The notes beneath the pieces were generated by a model that saw only the letters and a list, made by a program, of their open reading frames with translations, did not search any database and was not told the origin of the DNA. Made by a program: the position numbers and the translations under genes. From assembly GCF_009914755.1 (NCBI RefSeq), contig NC_060926.1: DNA of 64,000 bases, one strand, 5' to 3'. Source of the DNA: the human T2T-CHM13v2.0 reference genome, Homo sapiens. This document shows positions 13,641-26,296 of this stretch, one piece after another (positions within the stretch are counted from its first letter, which is position 1; each line of letters begins with the position of its first letter).

Positions 13641-15212
13641 CCATTCTATTACTGCCTAATTAATTATATTTGTTTTTGGTGTTGATGTCAACTTTGATTT
13701 AACCCAGGAACTTTTGGATATAACACTTCTGATTATATAATATGATGAAATGACTTATTTTGCATAAAGAGACAGGGTGAATAGTTTACTGTAGACTGGT
13801 CAAATTAGTAAGACATAGTGTTGATGCTATGGTTGGTGTTAAAGTCTGATTTACTAACAAACTATAGAGTGGCTACATTTTGCAACAATGTAGAATTTTA
13901 GCTCATGTAGCACATTATGAACTAGTTTTTGTTTTTATCTTTTTTGTTAAAAAGTTGTAACTGGACAATATTATGAACATAGCAATGAACTCTGTGAGCT
14001 CACTATGCTTCTATAACTTTCATCAAGATGATACTGCTGAGTAAACTGGATGTGAAACACGACAGAGTTTAGGTGGCTTTGTTATGACAAAGTGTTGTAG
14101 AGAGTTTTAGCTGTTGAAAGACACTGACTTATTCATGCATCTGTGGTTGCAAAGATTACATTAATGATTTGACCACTTTAATTGCCAGTATGACTGGTCT
14201 AACCACTGAATTGTTACAGGAATGCATTATTTCAGTGGTCCATTCATCCTGAAATTATGTATTTTGAGATGTCATTTGGGAAGACATAAATTGGTCAATC
14301 TTTAAGTGCTAATATTAGTTACCCAAATGAAACTGATCTACATTCTCCATACTATGGTTTTGAAGGCTGATCTTTAACAGCATCACTCTGGTCAATGTTA
14401 AACTTCAAGTAAAAGTAGTTGATATTGCTCAGTTCAATTTCTCTCTCAATATTTAAATTGGGAAGGAAGAACTACCAATAGAGATTACTTAAAGTCAGAA
14501 TCATAAGTAGTAGAATCTAAAAATGATAACATTGGAATACCAGAATTCTATCACTCTCCTAGGCATAGCGACCCTAAATGAAAACACATATTAAGGCTTG
14601 GCAGTTCTTGTGTTTGGGACCAGCTGTTTCCTTAATGGAAAGTAGTAAAAGTAAACATCACAACCAGGCAGAAGAATCACGACTCAACTTAGTATTTATT
14701 GCACATTGTAAATAGAAATATTAAACCTGCCATTATCATCGTGTGTAGAATAAAAAGTTTCAGATCAATTTTTAGTAACGTATAATGTAGCCATTTAATA
14801 ATGTGATGTTTTTATTTTTTAGAGTCCATAATTTTAAATATTTGATTTGAAAATGTTATTTTCAGTATCACACATGTTTGTATTATGTTAAGTATTTTCA
14901 TTTCTGTTCAGTAAAAATAACAGCTGAGGATTATATTTCTGGCAGTCTAGCTTTATTCCTGGGGCGTATCAGTCATTTACGTTACCTTTCTTGCCCCTGT
15001 TGGTATTTAGGTTATATTTCCTGATATAGATGCTAATTAAAGCATGACATCTTGATGGGAAAGAGTATTTCAGGAAGAGAGGAGAGGCTAATGCAGGACT
15101 CTTTAAATGGTGACATAAAGGCAGAGTAAGAGAACTGATAAAGAACACAAGTAGCCACAGAAGTTGCCAAAAAACCAGGAAAGTGTGGCACTATAGTAGA
15201 TGAAGAAAGACA

Positions 15213-15731
15213 CTGTTGGAAGGGGCAAATTGCCATGAGCCTTGAGCATCACTGGATGGCCTTGGGTCTGCCAAAAATTTCACATCTTGACTGCTTATTA
15301 TCAGGGTCATTTCTCAGCATGGTGTTTGAAGCAAGTAGCCTTGAAGGATGGGGTACATTATTTTCCCACCTTCCCAAACAAAAAGCACATTCATTTATGG
15401 CTTGCTGTAAATACAGTGATTTCTCCAAGCTCAGGATTCCCTGGCTGTGGGTTGATTTCTCCAAACTCAGGATTTCCTGGCCAACTTAACTGTGAGTGTG
15501 GCATATACCTGGGAACCAGCTATGTCACTGCTGTGCTCTTTGGGAGGCAAGGGAAACCAACACAGCCAAGCTAAGTCTCAGGCTACTGTGTGCTGTGAGT
15601 AATAGAGTCCTTGGGTCCTTTTTCTCTGGCTCAGAAGTCTCATGTCTTTTTCCAACACACATGAAACAGCCACAGACTAGTTTATTAGCTTGAAAGTAGA
15701 GCAAAATCTCAGCTCCTTCACAGTCCTTGAC
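15213..15731 (+). mobile_element. LTR40-family ERVL solo LTR inserted in an L2 fragment
   Basis: TG...CA ends; gctgtgagtaatagagtcc and aaaatctcagctccttcacagtccttgaca 3' end. Confidence 0.75.
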
Positions 15732-15960
15732 AGAAAGGAGGTACCAGCATTGCCATGAGGTCAAGTAAGGCAAGGATTGAAAACAAGTCTATTGGTTCTT
15801 GATAAACTTGGCAAAGAGCAGTTTCTATGGACTGCTGAGAGCTGAAGCTTAATTGCAGTGGGTTTAGTTGCTGCAGTGGAGACCGCAAGTCTAAACTATT
15901 TCAAAAAGTTTGGCTATAAAAGGGGGCACTGAGAGTAATCTCTAAAAGAAGAAATGGGTT
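15732..15960 (-). mobile_element. L2 fragment
   Basis: gagcagtttc...ttcaaaaagtttggctataaaagggg. Confidence 0.55.
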
Positions 15961-15984
15961 CAAATTCTATTTTTGACAGTCATT

Positions 15985-16039
15985 TTCTAGCCATTTCATT
16001 GTGCCTGGTCCCCTTAGGGTTTTGAGTTTGTGATTCCTG
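15985..16039 (+). mobile_element. MER102/Charlie8-like 3' terminus fragment
   Basis: gcctggtccccttagggttttgagtttgtgattcctg. Confidence 0.45.
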
Positions 16040-18190
16040 ATTTAAGGCTACTACTGCTGATGGTTGTGCAAAGTGTGGGCTGCGGAACTCCAGCCAGCAC
16101 CATTTATTTTCTAGTCATGGAAGAATGGCAGGGTCATCAGAATAATTTTCTAGAGAGAGACAGTGCATTGATTTGAGGGAAGGCTGCTTTTGGGTCTGTG
16201 GCAAGGCTGCCTCTGGACACTTAGGATGAATCCTTCACTGAGCAAACCAGCCCCAGGCTATTGAGATGAATATCCTGCCTGCACTCAACAAAATTATCAT
16301 GAGTCAACTATGCACCAGAAATGGTACTAGGTAATGATGGTGCAGCTGTGCAAAAACGTGTCAGAACAATACAAGTGAGAGAAGCTAAGGAGCAGTGGGA
16401 TGAAGCTTCAAATGGCATCCTTTATTCTGGGGGCAGGGGGCTGTGGTTTAGCTTTGAAGGATATGGTTCATGGTGGAATTTAATTATGTCCTTAGAGACT
16501 AAGAGCCAAGCAAAACCCTGTAGAGTTACCAGAAAGAAGAGAGGTTCAGCTATTTTTCTCTAATAATTATACAATGGAATAAGTGTCAGAGAAGCCCCAA
16601 ATGGTTCTTTTTCATTTTTTAATGTTTTCCCTGTACTTTGTCTCCAATAGATTTTCCAACAAAACACGGTTCATTCTACTGTTGAAATAAGCCTGTGTTC
16701 TGAAACTTGAAAGAACTGTGATCCCAGTGCCCATGAACGTCTGACTTCATTGTCAGCCACAGGTCACATTCTTTTTGTACCTTCCAGCCTTGTCTCTCTC
16801 TCCCTTGGGTCTCACCTTGACACAAGGTAATTCATTTTCTAGAAAATGGTAATTTGTGCCTATTTGAAGTTTATCCTCTTTTAAAAAGGTTATTCAATTA
16901 CCCTCTGTCCCCTTTCACAGTCAAGCTGTTAGAATCTGCAGATGCAAAGTTCCCCTTCACCTTCCAGAGAGAACACCCAGAGTCCCCTGAGCCCCCGGCT
17001 GCGTGGGGGCAGTGGAGCCAGGGCCCAGGGCTGTAATGAGCACAAAGCGTCTTGGTCTCATGTTGCTCAACAGTGACAAATCATGCTCATTGCAGTTTCC
17101 ATGCAAAAGGGAACACTTTTCTCAGCTACTAGAGCTGTTTGGAGCAAAAGGAATATCCATTCTTCCATGATAAATTTTCATTACAGCACAAACTTATGGG
17201 ATCACATAATCTCTTCAAATTTGCCTCTGGTTTTTAGCATTCATTTAAACTAAGCTCGTAAATGGAAGGGTAATACTTCGGAAACTGTAAATGTATTTTT
17301 GATGTACTGTTCAGTTTGTTAACCTTCTCTTCATTTCTTTATTCATGCATCCTGTTTCATTATGTTTACTCCTTAATGTAAAACAGATCCAGAATTGTCT
17401 TTCCTCACCTAGTTTGAAAATTCAGCTCCACCGACGTGACTAAAAAAGTGCAGATCCCAAGAATATATGTTGAAAGACTCAACAACCTTGGTTTTTTATG
17501 TTGTCGTTGCATGGTGACATCAGGGCAGAAAGCCATTCTACTGCTCTGTTTCAGCACAGAAGTGAAAAGAACTGAGAAATGACAGGAACATTTGCATCTT
17601 CTGTCTGAACACTGCAGAAGTCCCAATTATTTGAATTCTATTGACTCTCTGATAACTGCTAAAAACACTGATGACTGCTCTCAATTGCAACATAAATAGA
17701 TCTATTTTAAAAAAATTATGCAATGAAAGAAAACTAATAAAATCTCAATATCAAGCAAACAGTTTACAAAATATAAAATTCAATATAGGCTACCTATACT
17801 GAGCTAGGAATCTGAAAAGGTGGGTACTTCATTTCATATGCTCTATTATGATCATCTTGACTTGTAAATTGATAGGCTCTCCGGAGGGCTGAACCAGAAA
17901 CAGCCAGCCATCAGCAAGATCAGAGACATCTGTCATATAACTAGGGGCCTCTGGTTTAGAGCTGTGAGTGAATTTGATTCCAATCAGGGCTCTCAGCTTT
18001 CAAATGAGCACTTATGCATGTCTCTGTTTTCTCTTTTTTATATTGAGCAGGTACAGGTAAGATTTTTTTTTTAGGAAAGTGTTCTGCTGCTAGAAGAAAA
18101 AATGACACTGATCCAGGGCGTAATCAGAGTTTTATATGAATTGTTTACAAACATACATGCATAATCACTAAACATAAGTTATTAAATATA

Positions 18191-18252
18191 CAGTTGGTCC
18201 TCTGTATCTGTGGGTCCCTATCACGTATTCAATGAAACATGGATTGAAAATT
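18191..18252 (-). mobile_element. MER2/Tigger-type terminus fragment
   Basis: ta|cagttggtcctctgtatctgtgggt...ggattgaaaat. Confidence 0.55.
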
Positions 18253-18258
18253 TAAAAA

Positions 18259-19122
18259 GAGTCCTAGCCAAAGCAACTAGAAAAGAGAAAGAAATCAAGG
18301 GTATCCAAACTGGAAAGGAAAAAGTCAAATTATTCTTGTTTGCTGATGATATGATCTTATATTTATAAAAACCTAAAGACTCCACCAAAAACTATTAGAA
18401 TTGACAAATTCAGTAAAGTTGCAGGACACAAAATCAACACACAAAAATCAGTAGCAATTCTATATGCCAACAGTGAACAATCTGAAAAAGAAGTTAAGAA
18501 AGCAATCCTGTTTACAATAGCTACAAATAAAATTAAATACCGAGGAATAAACTTAACCAAAGAAGTGAAAGAGCTCTGCAATGAAGCTATAAAATATAAA
18601 TGAAAGAAATTATAAAGGACACACTAAAAATAAAAAGCCAGTTCATGTTCTTGAATTGGAGGAATCAATACTGTTAAAACGTCCATACTATCCAAGGCCA
18701 TCTACAAACTCAAAGCAGTCTCTATTGAAATACTGACATTCTCCACAGAAATAGAAAAAAAAAACAACACCTTAAAATATATATGGAACCACAAAAGAAC
18801 CAGAAGAACAAAAGCCATCCTGAACCAAAAGAACAAAACTGGAGACATCATATTACCTGGCTTCAAATTATACTACAAAGCTATAGTAATCAAAATAGCA
18901 TGATCGTGGCCTAAAAACAGATACACTGACCATTTGCAGTCAACTTGTTTTCAACAAAGGTGCCAAGAACATACACTGGGGAAAGGAGAGTCTCTTTAAT
19001 AAATGGTGCTGAGAAAATTGGATATCCATATGCAGAAGAATAAAACTAGACCCCTATTTCTCACTACATACAAAAACAAAATCAAAATGGATTGAAGACT
19101 TAAATCTAAGACTGGAAAGTAT
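18259..19122 (+). mobile_element. L1M ORF2 fragment (RT region), degraded
   Basis: ttgtttgctgatgatatgatcttatat = LFADDMILY; aaatggtgctgagaaaattggata. Confidence 0.9.
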
Positions 19123-19388
19123 GATGTGCTTTTATTTTCTAAAGTTAGAGGTTTGGAATTATTTCTTTTGTTTTAGCTCCCAGACTACAAAATTGAATCT
19201 CCATAGCAAATGCCCTTTATGCAGCTCATCTCCTGAAATATTTAGTTTTAAAAGAATGGTTTTCAGTTTTAAGGATTCACTTTCGAGTGGTGAGTAGGTT
19301 TTTCTAAGTGTTTTCTACTGTCCAAGCCTGGCCAGTCTGGAAGCCCTAGCATCTCCCTCACCCAAAAGAGGCAGTTGGGCTGGGGTTA

Positions 19389-19734
<346 letters not shown>

Positions 19735-19805
19735 TTATCATTAGTTTGTCCACTCCTTGCACTGTACCTTGTATACAGAAAGTGCCCTATTGACATTTAC
19801 TAAAT

Positions 19806-19975
19806 TTCTTTTTTTTCCTCTTTTTTCTTTCTTTCTTTCTTTCTTTTTTTTTTTTAGAGATGGGGGGGTCTCACTCTGTTGCTCAGGCTGGTCTTGAACT
19901 CCTGGGCTTCAAGAGAGCCTTCTGCTTCAGCCTCTCAAAGTACTGGGACTACAGGTGTGAGCCACTGTACTGGCC
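19806..19975 (-). mobile_element. FLAM/Alu left monomer
   Basis: Single monomer with T-rich tail. Confidence 0.85.
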
Positions 19976-20029
19976 TCTTTATTTAAAAGAAGTTTTTTTT
20001 TTTCTAAGAAAAACATTTAATTACTAGAA

Positions 20030-20440
20030 CCATCAAGGTTCTTGTTTGTAAACAACTGAAATGAACTCTGGCTAACACTAACAGCAAATAAATTTAATGC
20101 ACAGATAACGGGTACACAGAACCAGATGAGGGAAGCCTGAGGAACCAAGCTTGGAAAATAGGAGCCACAAGAAGCTATTATAAATGGCTGGATCAAATGT
20201 GGATTAGGCCATAGGAAGACTCTGATTAGGTCCTACTGCCATTGTCACACTGGCAGTTGTGACTTGCATTACTGCCATTCAATACATCGTGGTGTTGCCA
20301 GGACAGAGTAAGTTTTGTGCTGCCCCCACCTCACTGTGTCCCAGCTGGGATCAGGAACACGTGATTGGGCAAGCTTAGGTCAGATGCCTATGCGCTAGCT
20401 GGAAAAGGGGGACTTATCTGTCCATTTCAACTTCTAAAGG
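20030..20440 (-). mobile_element. LTR33-like ERVL LTR
   Basis: aactctggctaac, tgattgggcaagcttaggtca motifs. Confidence 0.5.
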
Positions 20441-20445
20441 AAGTA

Positions 20446-22197
20446 CAGTTGACCCTTGAACAATGTGGGTTAGGGATGCCAACCCCTGTGCAGTAAAAAA
20501 TCCACATATAACTTTTGACTCTCCTGAAACTTAACTACTAATAGCTTACTGTTAACCAAAAGCCTTACTGATAACATAAACAGTGGATTGACACATATTT
20601 TTATGTTATATATATTACGTAATGATTCATATAATAAAATAAGCTAGAGACATAATTGTCATCTTCATGTCGAATATGCTGAGGAGGAGGAGGAAGAGGA
20701 AGTGTTGGTCCTACTGTCTCAAGGGCATTAAAGGTGGATGAAGTAGAGGAGGCGGAAGGGGAGGCAGGAAGAGCAGGCATAGTTGGTGTAACTTTGTGGA
20801 AATGCATAGTAAATTCTGTCTGACCTATTCACTTTTTCATTTCTGTAAAAATGTTTTGAAATGATACCAATTCTTCTTCCACAGTCTGTCTTAGTCTCGG
20901 TGCCTCTATCCTAGAGGGGTCCATGTCATAAAAGAAGTCAAGAGCAGTCTTGAAGAATAGGAACTCTCCTGCCACACTGTCTAATGTCAATTTGTTTTCT
21001 GGCACTGTTTCTTTTATAATACATCGTCTTTCTCATTGTCTGGCACTGGTTCAGAAGCACTCATCTCTGTCAAGTCATCTTGGGCTCAATGGCTTTTACA
21101 GCTTTTTCAATAACAACGATGGCATCTTCAGTGGCGCAATCATTCCTGATTTTCATGAAGTTCTTTTTATCAGGATTCTCTTCCATAGCATTGACAATCC
21201 TTTCCATCGCATACCGTGTGTAATGAACCTCAAAGGTCCTTATGACACCCTGATTTACAAACTGAGTTAGAGACATTATGTTTGGGAACAAATAGACCAC
21301 TTTGATTCCTTCGGTGTTGAACTCATGGGGTTCTGGGTGGCCCTGGGCATTGTTCAGTATCAAAAGAGTTGATATTGTCCCTTATTGGCAAGGTACATGA
21401 TGATTTCAGGGACGGAGCATTGATGAAACTAATCCAGAAGAAGGGACCTCATTGTCTACACCTTCTTCTTGTACAACCAAAAGACTGGAAGCTGGTGTCT
21501 ATATTTTTTATCCTTCTAGGCTTAGGGGTTAGCAGCTTTATAGTATGGGTAGTCCTGGTCAGAAATTCGACTGCACTTGCAGAAAACAGTAGTTTGCCTG
21601 TCCCTTCCTGCCTTAAATCTTGGTGCTTGCTTCTTTTCCTTACTAATAAATATCCTTTGTGACAAGTTTTCCCCCCAAATAGGGCACTTTCATCTATATT
21701 AAAAACCTGTTCATGCAAATATTTTTTGTCAATGATTTTCTTAATGGCATCTGGGAACTTGTCGGCTGCTTCTTGGTCTGCAGGAACTGCATCTTCTGTT
21801 ATCTTGACATTTTTTAAGCCAAGCCTCTGTCCCAAATTCTCAAACCATTCTTTGCTGGCACTAAGTTCTCCGGCTTTACACTCTTTGGCTTCCCTTTGCT
21901 TTAAGTTGTCATATAATGACTTCACTTTTTCTCAAGTCATATCAGTCTATAGTATTCCTTTCTTGTAAAAGTTGCATTTTCAATACAAAATGAAGAGATA
22001 TTTCACAAAAAGTGCAAGGCTTGTTTTTTTTGTCTGGTGGTATAGCTGCAGTGATGGCTTCACAAATTTCATTTTCTTTCTTTTTAATAATGGTCCTTAC
22101 ACTGGATTAATTTACCTTGGAGTGGTGGGCAACTGCAGCTACAGACCTCTATCTATGGTACATATCAAGCAATTCAACCTTTTTTTTTTGTAATGTC
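20446..22197 (-). mobile_element. Tigger2 (pogo-like) DNA transposon with frameshifted transposase, one end missing
   Basis: TIR ta|cagttgacccttgaacaa; minus ORFs contain SASKEWF, QVFNIDESALF, LNNAQGHP. Confidence 0.9.
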
Positions 22198-22244
22198 AGG
22201 AAGGGGTTTCATATGCCAGTTAGCTAAAGAATCCCCAACAGCAG

Positions 22245-22685
22245 TGTGATGGTTGGTTTTATGTGTCAACTTAACTGGGCCACTGGATGTCCAGATAGCT
22301 GGTTAAACATTATTTCTGGATGACTGCCTTCTACGGAACCTATCTGTGTCTGTGAGTATTTCTGGAAGAGACTAGCCATTGAATCAGGGGACTGAGCAGC
22401 ACAGATTGGCCTCCTCAATGTGGGTGGGCATTATCTAATTCATTGAGGACCCTAATAGAATAAAAAAGTGGAGGAAGGGTGAATCTGCTCTCTGACTGAA
22501 ACCGAAGAGATGAAACATTGATCTTCTACTTTTTGTCACTCCTTGTTCTCACATCTTCACACTTGAACTGGAATCTATGCCATCAGCTCTCAGGCCTTTG
22601 AATTGCACTGCTGGCTTTCCTGGGTCTACAGCCTGCAGATCATGAAACTTCTCAGTCTCCAGAATCACATGAATTCATTGAATAA
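22245..22685 (+). mobile_element. MLT2 (ERVL) LTR
   Basis: tgtgatggttggttttatgtgtcaactt...ccagatagctggttaaacattatttctgg. Confidence 0.85.
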
Positions 22686-22879
22686 GCAGTTATCTATAAT
22701 TGTCTACTATAAGTGTCTACTAATAATGCTTTTATCTAGCATCATAACTTTTTTTTTAATACGAAAAATTCAAGAAGGTGGGAACCCGAGAAGATGAGTT
22801 TTATTCATGCTAGACCAGACACATTGAGAAGCTACTTTTGCATGATGTGACACTGCATTTTCCAGAGGAGATGACCCCA

Positions 22880-23458
22880 GTGTACATCACCCCAAATCCG
22901 TGTTTTACAATGTACTATTGACACGTGTCTATCAGGAGGTGTGGTCAGGTTTCCTTCCCCTTTTCTCTGGGTGGGCTGTGTCTATACTGTAAATAGCCCT
23001 AATGACTTCTGAAGATAGGCCATAAAATGTAACATAGCTTCTAGCTGGCTCTTGGAACATGTACCTTGAGAATCCTGAGCCACCATATATGAAGTCTGGC
23101 TCCATTGAAGATGCAGTGCTGGAAAGAACACTTGAAGAGGCCACAAAGAGACAGAGAGAGATGCCTAGGGATGCCCAGCTATTTGAAGTCTCAGTTTTGC
23201 AGCCCAGGTGTCAGACATGTGAACGAGCAAGCTTCCAGTTGGTTCAGCCCGCGGCCTTCCAGCCAACACAGCTGATGCCCTGTGGAGCCAGGCTTTGAGT
23301 CTTCCAGCTGAGTTTCAGACAGTATGAAGTAGGAACAAGCCACCTGCCCTGTTCCCTGGCTGAATTCCTCATGCACAAACTGTGTGAGCATAATGAGAGG
23401 TTGCTTTATGCTACTAAATTTTAGGTTAATTTGTTGTTCAGCCATACTAACTGGAACA
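22880..23458 (+). mobile_element. MLT1 (F/G-like) LTR
   Basis: 3' end ctactaaattttaggttaatttgtt...taactggaaca. Confidence 0.75.
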
Positions 23459-23479
23459 GATAATCAGATGGAAAGAAAC

Positions 23480-23590
23480 TTTGAAAACATCTAGTCAAAG
23501 CAGTTTATTTTACAAATGAGGAAATTAGCTGAGAGGGGCAGAATAATTGACCCCAAATCTAACAGCTCATTAGTGGCAGATCAAATGTTC
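23480..23590 (-). mobile_element. MIR fragment
   Basis: attttacaaatgaggaaa...cagctcattagtggcaga. Confidence 0.6.
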
Positions 23591-24687
23591 TTTCCCTCCT
23601 GATGATGTAAGGAGGGTGCTGGTCTGGCATGGAATGCCACATATGAATTACAGAATTAGGATAAGGGCTTCAAATTGAATAAGTGTTGGTTCATACAATT
23701 CCAGATACTTGATGAATAAAGTCAGGGCCAAAGAGCTCTGAGGTCACTAACAGACACTGCCTACCTGAAAATACACTAGGCAGAAACGGTCTAGAAAAAC
23801 AGTAATTATACGGATATGTGCAAGTATGTGGGTGTTAGGTAGGGGATAGAAGATGGAGGAATCTTTCCACCTCTGATTCTGCCAGAAGTATTAAGTGGGT
23901 AGTCTTGAAAAAAATTGATCCTTAATGTACTGCCTGCCTCTCAGGAAGGGCTAAAAGACTATAACATAAACAGAGCCTGACACTTCAGGAATCTTTGTGT
24001 CTGAATGTATTGCTCAGATTTTAAACTGTGCTGCAACCTTTTCCGAATTAAATCAACACATCAATAATCACAGACTTTCAAAGCAGAATGTTCTGGTGAA
24101 CCCTTAAACCACTGTTACATGGTCACTCCACTTTATCTGCTAACGAACAAATCTGCTGCCCTCAGAAGCACATGGACTGAGGGTTTACAAGCATCAGCCC
24201 CTCTGCAAGTGATTTTGATTATGTTACATTTACTTCTATCATCATTTAACATCTTTTTTTAAAAAGCATAAAATCAGTAATTTTGGATCTAATTGTGTCA
24301 CAGTGTCATGGGGAGGACCAAAGAAAAACTCCCAATGACCTATCAATAATTAGGAGAGAACCACACTGTGAAATATCAGAGACAATGTAGAAAACAATAA
24401 ATTGAAGCAGGTTCAACATTCAGTTTTCAAAAGTCACCATATAGGTGGATAAGGATAAACTGCTGCAGACTTAACCTCAAGGTCAAAGTTTCCATAATGT
24501 ACTCCAAGTAATTGTCTGCATTAAGGCAGATTGTATTTTTGATAATTTAAAAAGAAGTGTTTGCAATGCAAAAAATTACTGTAAGCATATACTGTGATTA
24601 AAAAGTGTGTTCAAGTACACAAAATTTACAATGGTTATAAATTGACATAATTCCAGATCCATGATCTGTACTTTACATTAATGCCCA

Positions 24688-25049
24688 CGTATTAGTCTGT
24701 TTTCACACTGCTAATACAGATATACCTGAGACTGGTTAATTTATAAAGGAAAGAGGTTTAATTGACTCACAGTTCCACATGACTGGGGAGGCCTCACAAT
24801 TATGGCGGAAGGTGAAGGGGAAGCAAGACACATCTTACATGGCAGCAGGCAAGAGAGGGAGAATGAGTGCTGGCAGGGGAAATGCCAGATGCTTATAAAA
24901 TCAGATCTCGTGAGAACCACTCACTATCACCAGAACAGTATGGAGGAAAACACCCCCATGATTCAATTAACTCCACCTGGCCCCACCCTTGACACGTGGG
25001 GATTATTACAATTCAAGGTGGGGTGGGGACACAGAGCCAAACCATATCA
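24688..25049 (-). mobile_element. THE1/MSTA solo LTR
   Basis: gtattagtctgttttcacactgct...ccaaaccatatca; TSD gccca. Confidence 0.9.
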
Positions 25050-25139
25050 GCCCACGAGAAAATTAATCCTGAATTATTTGAAGTCTTCTGAAGTACACCC
25101 TTCATAGTTTGTAACTCTTTTATTTCCTTTGAGTCTGCT

Positions 25140-25403
25140 TTTCTATTCTCCTTCCCTTCTGCCCTCCTTCCTTTGATCTTTCTTCTTTATAATTTTCTTC
25201 CTTCCTCCCCTTCTTTTCTTCCTTCTCTCTCTCTCCTTTCTCTCCTGTTTTCCCCAATCCTTCTTTCTCACTCTCTCATTACTTGACAACATGTATTCCT
25301 GCCAATCAAGTCTCAACACAGCATGAGATACCCAATGTTATAAAAAAGAAGGAAGAAGAGGAGGAGGAGGAAAAAGAGAAGGAGGAAGGGGAGGAAGAAG
25401 AGG
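25140..25403. repeat. CT-rich tract (25140-25280) and GA-rich tract (25345-25403)
   Basis: Seen directly. Confidence 0.75.
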
Positions 25404-26296
25404 GCATTCTATTCCAAGCCAAGAAAATTTTGGTTCTGAAAGGGCAGAGGGTATGTTTAGCTTAGTCACCATGGTAGCTCCAGGGAGTAGCACAATGCCT
25501 ATTAAAGCAGGAAGAACATAATTATGAAAAAAATACAAATTATAGAATATCATCCCCAAAATGGACCTCAAAGATGAGAGGGATTTTATAATAACTGCAT
25601 TATTTCTGTTGTGCCACAAATGTAGTAACATTTTAGCACATTGTCTTTTGGTATATACAGATGTGTTTGTTTCTCAAAATGAGTAACACCTTAGTTAGGC
25701 TCAGGTGTATATGCACCTGCCCTTGTTAACTTATATCCTGAAATCTGAGGCCCAGCAATAGGGAAATGTATACTCTGTTTACCCTTTCTTTGAATTACCA
25801 AAGGCTTGCTTCTTTTTTTTTTCAAAGGCTGACCAGTGTTTGGTCCTTTCTCAGCATTGCAAACCATGCATCGAATCTTTTGAGTAGCTTTTGAAATTTC
25901 TAGTAGGTTGTAACAGGCTACAGTAAAATGGGATGGCAAATTAGGGCTTATAGGACTAAAAATACTGTTAGTAATTACAGTTTAGAGAAAAAAAGCTAGA
26001 TTTATGTAGGAACCAGTATCATTCTTGAAAATGATGCCGGATTACTCTTCAGAAGGAAAAGAAAAAGCAATGTTTCTCTCTCATTCTCAGATGTAAGTCA
26101 TGCGGAAATGCTGCAAAACATGTAATTTCTTAGGACACTTTGAGTAGTTAAATTAGAAGCAGCTAATAGATGAAGGAAAGAAAGCCTTTACTAAAGTGAA
26201 ACTACAATAGGAGGATATATACAAAATTGTTATGAAAAGGTTGTTTTGATAAAAATTTCAAAACAAATCATACACTTAAGTAATGGGAATCAGAGA

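Larger units (their letters stand above)
12321..15023 (+). mobile_element. Charlie8/MER102-family hAT transposon, near full length, with disrupted GTF2IRD2-like transposase
   Basis: Termini cagaggttacaaactg and catttacgttacct..cccctg..atttcctg; hand-translated fragments FTDGRFIK, EIMCSEQKQA, TA*LIIFVFGVDVNFDLTQELLD, VDWS, DNIGIPEFY. Confidence 0.8.

Noticed and set aside
20950-21968. Transposase ORFs as a domesticated TIGD-like gene
   Set aside because: Broken by frameshifts and stops within an ordinary Tigger2 copy.
23600-24680. Repeat-poor block with TAAT-type motifs as an enhancer
   Set aside because: Short motifs are expected by chance in AT-rich DNA; not supportable without conservation or chromatin data.
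25283-25465. Glu-rich ORF
   Set aside because: Produced by a GA-rich low-complexity tract.
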